Position numbers and translations under genes: made by a program
Notes under the pieces: model-generated
The model's database searches: none
The model's input: only the letters and a program-made list of their open reading frames with translations
What the model was told of the DNA's origin: nothing
Part shown: one piece after another, positions 1 to 6,975 of the stretch
Numbering within the stretch: position 1 is the first letter of the stretch
Layout: every line of letters starts with the position of its first letter
Assembly: GCA_902782785.1 (NCBI GenBank)
Contig: CACZOH010000130.1
Span: 1 to 32,209 of the forward strand
Source of the DNA: an uncultured Ruminococcus sp.
Lineage (GTDB): Bacteria; Bacillota; Clostridia; Oscillospirales; CAG-272
Direction: 5' to 3'
DNA length: 32,209 nt

Positions 1-1665
1 CACCCAGTTTGCAAAATACCAGTCTGAGCAGCACAGACAAGGTTTTGTACAGTACAGTGTATTCAGCCCCTTCGGCTGTCTTAAATGTGTGAAAACGAGG
101 AGCGAGCGCAGAAAATGAACGGCTTTTTCTTTGTATCTTTCGACACCGAAATTCTTATAAACGTAATAAAACGTGTTTGCGGCGGCTCCGGCGGCAAGCA
201 GATTGGGCGCGTGGAGCGGCGTTTCCCAGTAGTCACCGCCCTCCGGTCTTATCATATCCATACAGAAATCAAGCGCTTTTATCGCCGCGTCGTAGTATTT
301 CCCGTCGCCCGTCGCCTCATATATCTTTATAAGATCGAGCGCGGAGGTCGTGTTGAGATAAAGCGCCGTGTCGCCGGACAGCGCCATCGGGTCTATAAAC
401 GAGCGCGCGACTACAAAATCATCCTTTGCGTAATGGCGGCCGTCCGGATCGAAGCAAAACGCGCCGTCCTCTCTCTGCCAGCCGATTATCGTATCGCCTT
501 TTCTCCGTGCCGCTTCCGTATCGGGTTTGCGCGGCGCGGAATTTTCACCCGATACGGCTTTGATTTTGTCCGCAAGCTCAGACGCCGTCTTCTTTTCTCC
601 GTTTTCCTTTACGTATCTGTATAGGAAAGACGGAGGATTTTTTGAATAGTGGGAGCCCGCCTGCTCGTATCCGAAACCTTTTTCGGTATCGTACAGATTT
701 GTGTTATATGCGTCTGCGATCTTATCGAGCGCCTCATCAAGCGAAAACCTCGGTGACGGGGCGGGCATACCGTTATGTTTCACGTATTCAGCAAGCGCGT
801 CGACGGAGGTGCCTTTTCCCGTCAGGATGCAGGCGGAGAATCTGATCCTCTGTCCCTTGTGTATTTCGAACGGCGACGCGAAAAGCTTGTTTTCATCCGC
901 TTCCGTCTTCACGTCCGGGATCATCAGACCCAAAAGGCTGTTGTTTTGTCTTTCAAGCGAGTTCGGAGCGGCGAAAACGGGCTGACTGTAATATTCGTTA
1001 TAATTGAACCAGCGCGCGGCGGGAGTATCGAGACTGTATTCAACGGAAATATAATCTCCGCCGTACGACAGCGCCATCACGGGCGCGCCCACCTTGTTCG
1101 GGTGCGGGATCCTTCTGTCCGCCCACGGATCCTTGAAAAAGTCCGTACCGGAGCTCCATTCCTCGCCTACCGCCCAGTCTACGCCCGGAAGTATCGCGTC
1201 CGTTTTTTTCACGCCGTAATTTCCCTCTCCGCAGTAAAGCCAGAGAAAGCGCAGATATTCGGCGTAAACGTTATAATCCGAAAACAGCTCCGTTTCGACT
1301 GAGAGCCTTTTTTCTTTCAGCGCAAGGCTGACCGTTCCGTGCAGGACCGGCTTTTCAAAGGGATATCCTATCCACTTTTCAAAAGAAGTGTTTTTCAGTC
1401 TTTCCGCAGCGACGGATGACGACACGCTGAACTTATATCCGCACTCCGTCTTTTCATACGTTTCTGCTTCAAGCCTCATCGGTATATCCTGGTCACGCAG
1501 CTTAAGCTCACCCAGATTGTCAAGCACACCCATAAGCTTGCCGTCATTCGTGTAAATCTCGCCGAAGCACCAGCCGCTTATTCTTTTATAAAGCCTGACT
1601 CTGATATATTCGTTTTTTAATTCAAGCTCCTCGTTTGCAAAGGAAGCGCGTTTGTATTCAGGCAT
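1..1665 (-). CDS. Hypothetical protein, 3'-truncated by the window edge. It has a beta-rich N-terminal half and a C-terminal alpha/alpha-toroid-like repeat region, so it may be a glycan-active enzyme
   Basis: This ORF is absent from the supplied track because it has no stop inside the window. The reverse frame from ATG at 1665-1663 (SD GGAGAT upstream) stays open for 555 codons down to base 1. Its start overlaps the mtnN stop by 8 nt (ATGCCTGA). Translation: MPEYKRASFANEELELKNEYIRVRLYKR...GWQREDGAFCFDPDG...IYEATGDGKYYDAAIKALDF...GGDYWETPLHAPN. The Q-x-x-DG-x-F type repeats resemble prenyltransferase/(alpha/alpha)6 folds. No family was recognised with certainty. Confidence 0.6.
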   Translation of the reverse strand, partial: MPEYKRASFANEELELKNEYIRVRLYKRISGWCFGEIYTNDGKLMGVLDNLGELKLRDQDIPMRLEAETYEKTECGYKFSVSSSVAAERLKNTSFEKWIGYPFEKPVLHGTVSLALKEKRLSVETELFSDYNVYAEYLRFLWLYCGEGNYGVKKTDAILPGVDWAVGEEWSSGTDFFKDPWADRRIPHPNKVGAPVMALSYGGDYISVEYSLDTPAARWFNYNEYYSQPVFAAPNSLERQNNSLLGLMIPDVKTEADENKLFASPFEIHKGQRIRFSACILTGKGTSVDALAEYVKHNGMPAPSPRFSLDEALDKIADAYNTNLYDTEKGFGYEQAGSHYSKNPPSFLYRYVKENGEKKTASELADKIKAVSGENSAPRKPDTEAARRKGDTIIGWQREDGAFCFDPDGRHYAKDDFVVARSFIDPMALSGDTALYLNTTSALDLIKIYEATGDGKYYDAAIKALDFCMDMIRPEGGDYWETPLHAPNLLAAGAAANTFYYVYKNFGVERYKEKAVHFLRSLLVFTHLRQPKGLNTLYCTKPCLCCSDWYFANWV

Positions 1666-2356
1666 ATTGATCTCCGTATTTCTCAATGAATTTAAGCACC
1701 GCCGTGCTTGAAATATCAGCCGCTATACCGCGCAGAGTGTAGTAGTCGATCGCGGCGTCGCCCTCAGTCCCGTCCGACATAACGCGGCTTATGACGAACG
1801 GCGTTTCGTTGACGAAGCATACGTGAGCTATCGCACCGCTCTCCATATCGCAGACGAAGGCGCCGAAGGTATCAACTATGTATTTCTTTTTTTCGGGATC
1901 CGATATAAAGGAATCTCCCGTAGCTATCGTACATAATTTCGGTTTTTTATCTTTTCCGTAACACTTTATCAGCTGATTTGTCGCGTTTTTGTCCGCATCG
2001 AAATATATTTTGTTGATGCCGGATACGAGTCCGACGGGATCGCCTATAGGAGACGTATCCATATCGTGCTGTACGCATCTGTCAGCGACTGCGCAGTCAA
2101 GCTGTTTCAGATCGCCCGATAAGGAACCGGCGACGCCCGTATTTATTATAAGCTTCGGCGAATATCCGATAATCATCGTCTGCGTGCACATTGCCGCAAA
2201 TACCTTTCCCATGCCGCATACGGCGCATACGACTTTTTTATCCTTATACGTGCCCGTATAAAATGTTATACCGCCCTTTTTTTTCGTTTTTACGTTCTCG
2301 AGCTTTGATTTTATCAGGTCAAGCTCCAAATCCATTGCCGCAATGATCCCTATCAT
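1658..2356 (-). CDS. mtnN: 5'-methylthioadenosine/S-adenosylhomocysteine nucleosidase
   Basis: The 232-aa product matches E. coli MtnN/Pfs along its full length: MIGIIAAMDLEL, INTGVAGSL, DMESGAIAHVC, SRVMSD. SD GGAGGA lies upstream of ATG 2356. Confidence 0.9.
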   Translation of the reverse strand: MIGIIAAMDLELDLIKSKLENVKTKKKGGITFYTGTYKDKKVVCAVCGMGKVFAAMCTQTMIIGYSPKLIINTGVAGSLSGDLKQLDCAVADRCVQHDMDTSPIGDPVGLVSGINKIYFDADKNATNQLIKCYGKDKKPKLCTIATGDSFISDPEKKKYIVDTFGAFVCDMESGAIAHVCFVNETPFVISRVMSDGTEGDAAIDYYTLRGIAADISSTAVLKFIEKYGDQYA

Positions 2357-2374
2357 ATTATCCTCCGTTTTCGT

Positions 2375-4111
2375 TTATTTTCCGCGTTTTACGTTTTTCT
2401 TTTTCTTTCCGCCTTTCGCCGCTAAATACGCGGTGAAGCCCGCTGCAGCCGCAACCGGAAGAGCGAGTATCGCGGCGTATATCAGGATTGAAAATCCGCT
2501 GTTCTCCGTATTGTCGGAGACGAGTATCACCGTATCGGGCGATACTGCGTTTCCGTAAACCGTTCCGTTCACCGTTTTCTGTTCAGCTACCGCCAGACCG
2601 CCGTTTGCGTTTACGGAAAGTATCTTTACGGTCTTATTATCGTAGCCTTTTATTTTTATCTCCGTCGTATGCGCTATCGCTCCGTCTTCATATACGAATT
2701 TTACGGCGCCTATGACCTTGTTTGAGGTCATATCTATGTCGCTTTCGGAGAGTATCCGCTCCACCGTTTTATCTGTCACGGACGTTATCTGTATATCGCC
2801 GTTTTCCGCCGATACTGAAACGGATTCGATGCCTTTGATTTTCGAGCAGTCAAATTCAATGCTGTATATTTTTGACGAATCCGCCGTTTCGCCGGACGTA
2901 TCCTCTTCTCTCGGCGTATTTCCGCTTTTTTCCCTGACGGAGATATAAAAGATCTTTTCATAATCGCCGTCAGCCGCGCCGTCGACGACACGCGCTTTTA
3001 CCGTTACCGTTCCGGGCTTGTACGCAACGAGCGTTCTGCCGTTCAGCTCTGCGAGACAGCCTCCGTCGTTTTCTATGCTCCACAAAACGGCGGTCTTCGT
3101 CGCGTTGGACGGATATACGGTGCTGTGAAGCACGGCGTTTTCCGATACCGTCACCGTATCTGTCGAAAGCTCTATATCGGATATTGCAGAAAACGGCTCG
3201 GAAACGGTCAGCTTGATCCTTGCGGAAGATACGCCGCCGCACACGCAGTAAAGAAAAAACTCATCCGCTTTATCCGTCGGTACGTTATACACACTTCCCG
3301 TGACGTTCTGTATTCTTGTTCCCTCATCCGTCTGTCCGTACGCTTTGTACCACGCATACGTGTCGTCCGTTATATCAAGGGTAAACGCGTTTACGGTAAG
3401 CGTTTCACCCGTTATAACGCTGAATTTGTTTGCGTTAAGATAAATCACGGAAACGGAATTGTCTATAACGGCGTTTATGATCTTTGTACTCAGGCTCGCC
3501 TCGCCCTTTTCTATTTCCGCGATGTATCTGAATTCGCCCGGCGCCGCGTCCGGATCGTTTTCCGTTATTACCGATGCGGGAGTGAATTCGAGTATCGCTA
3601 TATCCTTTATGTTAACTCCGTAATCGCCGTATTTAGCGAAATAGTTCAAAAGATACTTTTTTACGTCTTCTTTTGTGTTTGCAATATTCATGTGCACCGT
3701 GACCGCAGACGCTTCTATCTCGTTTTTCACCGCGGTAAGCGTCGCCAGATCGGGGTCGTTCGGCGTTATTCTGATCGAAGAAGCGGTAATTCCCGCGGAA
3801 TTGTACGCTATGAGCGTGATTACGTGCTCAAGCCCGCCCGAAAGCCCGGTAAGAGTTGCAGACGATGCGGAGGACGGAAGCGTGACCGCCGATATGACCG
3901 TATCTGGTACGGCTGATAAGGAATAGGTTATCTCGTATTTTTCTATTTCCGCTCCGTTTCCGTTCGCGCTCCACGTAAGATACGCCGAATAATCTCCCGC
4001 AACGCCCGAAAACTCTATCGCGGGCGCTTTTTCGTAGTATTCGTCGCCCGCGTATACCGCCGTTGTTAAGACCGCAAGGATAATAAGAACGGCGGCAAAA
4101 GCCTTTTTCAC
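2375..4111 (-). CDS. Secreted cell-surface protein with an FN3-like domain, a Big_2-like Ig domain and a C-terminal TM anchor with a polybasic tail
   Basis: Signal peptide MKKAFAAVLIILAVLTTAVYAG. FN3-like segment AYLTWSANGNGAEIEKYEITY...ITLIAYNSAG. Big_2-like segment VTVSENAVLHSTVYPSNATKTAVLWSIEND...GTVTVKARV. C-terminus FSILIYAAILALPVAAAAGFTAYLAAKGGKKKKNVKRGK. The GTG start overlaps the upstream GH78 stop (GTGA). Confidence 0.8.
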   Translation of the reverse strand: MKKAFAAVLIILAVLTTAVYAGDEYYEKAPAIEFSGVAGDYSAYLTWSANGNGAEIEKYEITYSLSAVPDTVISAVTLPSSASSATLTGLSGGLEHVITLIAYNSAGITASSIRITPNDPDLATLTAVKNEIEASAVTVHMNIANTKEDVKKYLLNYFAKYGDYGVNIKDIAILEFTPASVITENDPDAAPGEFRYIAEIEKGEASLSTKIINAVIDNSVSVIYLNANKFSVITGETLTVNAFTLDITDDTYAWYKAYGQTDEGTRIQNVTGSVYNVPTDKADEFFLYCVCGGVSSARIKLTVSEPFSAISDIELSTDTVTVSENAVLHSTVYPSNATKTAVLWSIENDGGCLAELNGRTLVAYKPGTVTVKARVVDGAADGDYEKIFYISVREKSGNTPREEDTSGETADSSKIYSIEFDCSKIKGIESVSVSAENGDIQITSVTDKTVERILSESDIDMTSNKVIGAVKFVYEDGAIAHTTEIKIKGYDNKTVKILSVNANGGLAVAEQKTVNGTVYGNAVSPDTVILVSDNTENSGFSILIYAAILALPVAAAAGFTAYLAAKGGKKKKNVKRGK

Positions 4112-6792
4112 GTTATACCCTCCTTCTCCGCTGTTTTAAAGTTGTAGCTGCCCGAGGAAAGCTCGGTTTTCTCGGTTATTTTCGTATATCCCTTTTTGTT
4201 GAATATATAAAGCCCGCTGTCCGGCTCTATTCTCGCTTTTGTGTTTACCGGGACGGTCAGAGACAGATCGAATCCGCCGTCCGTTTTCCTCCATTCCGAT
4301 CTTATAAGTCCGGATGCGCTCCTGTAAGAACCCGAAGCCCTGTCAAGACGCCTGTCCGTATAGGGCCTGTAGGAAAAGACGGAATAGCCGGGTGAAAGCG
4401 GTTTTATGCCGAGCATATATTCGTAAAACCATTCGTAACAGCTGCCGAGAGAATAGTGATTGAAGGAATTCATCCCCACGTCGCCGAAACCGTTTTCCTT
4501 CGTATAGCTGTTCCAGCGTTCCCAAACGGTAGTCGCGCCGTTTTTAACGGAATAAAGCCACGACGGATAAGTGTCCTTCAGAAGGATCCCGTACGCAGTC
4601 TCCGCGTGACCGTTGTCGCACAGCACGGGCAAAAGGCAGCTGACGCCGACAAATCCCGTCTGCAGATGTCCGTCCGCCTCGTCTATCTTCCTTAAAAGGT
4701 GATCGACCGCGTTTTTCTTTGCTTCTCCCGTCACGAGCCCGAATCTGAGAGCCAGAACGTAACAGCACTGCGTATCGCCCTTTATCCTGTCCTCGTCCTC
4801 AAGATACTCTTCTCTGAAAGCCTCCGCGATTTTATCAAATTCGGATCTGTAATACGCGGCTTTGTTTTCGTCGCCGAGTATTTCCGCGTATTCCGACAAC
4901 AGCTTTGCGTCGTACGCGAGAAAAGCCGTTGCGAGAACGTCCTTCGGCGTTTTCTCGTTTACGGAAAGCCAGTCGCCGTAGCCGAAATCGGGACGCAGAT
5001 AATTTCTTGTTGTGCTGACGAGCATTTTATAATATTTCTCCGCAAACGGAAGCATATCGCCGATAAACCTCTTATCCCCGTACATTCTGTACGCGGTATA
5101 AGGGATAACGAAGATCGCGTCGCCCCAAGCGGCGTTGCCGTTGCCGACAAGGTCCGCGCCGTTGTCCCATTTTATCATCGGAGCTATATCCGTAACGGAG
5201 CCGTTCGGCTTCTGCGCGTCAACTATATCGCGCAGATATTTTTTATAGAACTCCGCGCAGTCCATACCGTAGCAGGCGGATTTGCAGAACACCTGCGCGT
5301 CGCCGGTCCAGCCGAGGCGCTCGTCGCGCTGCGGGCAGTCAGTCGGAAGGCTGAAAAAGTTGCCTCTGTGTCCCCACGTTATATTGGATATAAGCTTGTT
5401 AAGAGACGCGTTCGAGGTGGCGACGGTACCCGTCGTTTCGCAGGAGGAATAAAGAACGTGTCCCGTTATATCGTCGGTTTCCGGCTTATAGTCAAGTCCG
5501 TCAAGCTCAACGTATCGGAAGCCGTGGAACGTGAAGCGCGGATAGTATTCATCGTCGTATCCGCGGCAGATATACGTGTCCGTCTGCTGAGCGCTGCGGA
5601 GGTTTGCGGTATATAACGTGCCTTCGTCTCCGTCGCAGCCGCGCTCGCCTTTTTTCGCGTCGTTCAGCATTTCTCCGTGTCTTACGGTTATCCTCGTTCC
5701 TTCCTTGCAGTGAAGCTTTACCGATACGGAGCCGACCATGTTCTGACCCATATCGACGACGTACTTTCCGCCGACTTCGTTTACGGAAACGGGCTTTATC
5801 CGCATCATTTCCTTTACGTCCGGTCCCGTCGCCGAAAGCAGCTTTGTCCCGTATAAAAACGACGCGCGGTATGAAACGGCTCTGACGCCGTCTTTCCGCG
5901 TCTTCGTAAACGCGTCCTTATCGGAGAGCCTTTTATCGCAGAACTCTCCGTTCTGGTTGTCGGTAAAGATATACTCGGACGATACGCATTCCCAGCTTCC
6001 GTCCGTGAACAGCTCGTCGCACGCGCCGTCATCATAGATAATGCGGAAATACGCGGAAAGCGCGGTCTTGTCTCCGAATCTGCCTCTGCCTAACGAGGAC
6101 AGATTTGATTTATACCATCCGTCGCCTACAGCCGCGCCGACGGTATTGTCCCCGCTTTTGAAATATTTCGTCACGTCGTAGAATTTATACTGAAGCGTTT
6201 TGTGATAATCAGTAAACCCGGGCAGAAATCTTGAATTTCCGACGGTTTTGCCGTTTATATAAAACTCGAATATACCGAGAGCGGTGACGTACAGATATAC
6301 GGACGCGATCTTCTTGTCAAGGTTTATATTGCGGCGGAATATCGGCGCGGGAAGACCTCCTCTTCCCTCCGCTTCTTTATCCTGCTTCAGATATCCGTCC
6401 GGCGCGGTTATAAAGCTGTTTGACAGCTTAAGCGTATCTCCTATACCCGTGGCAAAAACGCCTATACCGCTTTTTATCGCTCTTTCGGACACCATTGCGT
6501 AGATCTTGAAATAATATACGGTCGCGTAAAGAAGCGGTTTGCCGTTATATTCTATATCCGTGATATCCGACGAATACACGACGCCGGAATTATACATATT
6601 ACCTACACCGTCGGACGCAAGCTCGTAAGTTGAGCTGACGATGAGCTTATAATAGCTGACGTTTATATTCTCGCCGTTTCCGTCGACAAGGAAAGAAAAA
6701 TGCGGTTTGTTCGTATTGATGCAGTATATATCGTCCTTTATCTTATCGGACAGGGCGGGCATATGCTCGCAGTAAAGCTCCGTTATTTTCAT
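4108..6792 (-). CDS. Alpha-L-rhamnosidase, glycoside hydrolase family 78, predicted cytoplasmic
   Basis: GH78 hallmark motifs are present: FTFHGFRYVELDGL and PTDCPQRDERLGWTGDAQVF. The N-terminus (MKITELYCEHMPALSD) has no signal peptide. SD AAGGGAGA lies upstream of ATG 6792. Confidence 0.92.
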   Translation of the reverse strand: MKITELYCEHMPALSDKIKDDIYCINTNKPHFSFLVDGNGENINVSYYKLIVSSTYELASDGVGNMYNSGVVYSSDITDIEYNGKPLLYATVYYFKIYAMVSERAIKSGIGVFATGIGDTLKLSNSFITAPDGYLKQDKEAEGRGGLPAPIFRRNINLDKKIASVYLYVTALGIFEFYINGKTVGNSRFLPGFTDYHKTLQYKFYDVTKYFKSGDNTVGAAVGDGWYKSNLSSLGRGRFGDKTALSAYFRIIYDDGACDELFTDGSWECVSSEYIFTDNQNGEFCDKRLSDKDAFTKTRKDGVRAVSYRASFLYGTKLLSATGPDVKEMMRIKPVSVNEVGGKYVVDMGQNMVGSVSVKLHCKEGTRITVRHGEMLNDAKKGERGCDGDEGTLYTANLRSAQQTDTYICRGYDDEYYPRFTFHGFRYVELDGLDYKPETDDITGHVLYSSCETTGTVATSNASLNKLISNITWGHRGNFFSLPTDCPQRDERLGWTGDAQVFCKSACYGMDCAEFYKKYLRDIVDAQKPNGSVTDIAPMIKWDNGADLVGNGNAAWGDAIFVIPYTAYRMYGDKRFIGDMLPFAEKYYKMLVSTTRNYLRPDFGYGDWLSVNEKTPKDVLATAFLAYDAKLLSEYAEILGDENKAAYYRSEFDKIAEAFREEYLEDEDRIKGDTQCCYVLALRFGLVTGEAKKNAVDHLLRKIDEADGHLQTGFVGVSCLLPVLCDNGHAETAYGILLKDTYPSWLYSVKNGATTVWERWNSYTKENGFGDVGMNSFNHYSLGSCYEWFYEYMLGIKPLSPGYSVFSYRPYTDRRLDRASGSYRSASGLIRSEWRKTDGGFDLSLTVPVNTKARIEPDSGLYIFNKKGYTKITEKTELSSGSYNFKTAEKEGIT

Positions 6793-6838
6793 AAAAACTC
6801 AGTCTCCCTTTAATTCGGCGTAAATTTCTTCATATTAC

Positions 6839-6867
6839 AGTATAACACATTTTTTTTAAAAATACAA
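6839..6867 (-). promoter_or_regulatory. Putative sigma-A promoter for the GH78/surface-protein/mtnN operon
   Basis: Minus strand reads TTGTAT-17 nt-TATACT, with a TGT extended -10 element, about 45 nt upstream of ATG 6792. Confidence 0.4.
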
Positions 6868-6911
6868 GTCATTTATACAAATATAATTACATTAAGTTTA
6901 TACGATTTTCA

Positions 6912-6940
6912 TTGAAAAAAACATTTGTTTATGTTATATT
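6912..6940 (+). promoter_or_regulatory. Putative sigma-A promoter for the ABC-ABC-GH78 operon
   Basis: TTGAAA-17 nt-TATATT with a TGT extended -10 element, 36 nt upstream of ATG 6976. Confidence 0.45.
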
Positions 6941-6975
6941 TAAAGTGGCAATACATAACAAAGAAAGGGCTTAAT

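Noticed and set aside
85-1302. Four overlapping plus-strand ORFs (85..624, 642..845, 701..985, 775..1302)
   Set aside because: They are Arg-rich and low-complexity, overlap one another and lack SD sites. They lie antisense to a long, well-behaved minus-strand ORF (1..1665) that is coupled to mtnN.
3125-5616. Long antisense ORFs inside the surface-protein and GH78 genes (3125..3916 at 263 aa, 4699..5616 at 305 aa). Similar ones occur at 13406..14110, 24614..25441, 26084..26686 and 28636..29178
   Set aside because: Their composition (R/V/F/Y-rich, no motifs) is typical of the reverse frame of genes with GC-rich third positions. Each is fully contained in a gene with strong family motifs, and none has a ribosome-binding site.
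6831-6850. Shared 8-mer TGTAATAT downstream of the GH78 -10 element and upstream of the sigma-factor gene (about 17775-17790), as a possible common regulatory motif
   Set aside because: It is an AT-rich 8-mer seen only twice, at different positions relative to the promoters. That is well within chance expectation for AT-rich intergenic DNA.
6925-6975. N-terminal extensions in the ORF track: 6925 for ABC-1, 17795 for the sigma factor, 24702 for the LUD protein and 30942 for the MsmK-like gene
   Set aside because: The upstream starts lack SD sequences, and the 6925 and 24702 starts use TTG. Internal ATGs at 6976, 17729, 24684 and 30918 each have a well-spaced GGAGG-like SD and give N-termini matching the family consensus.
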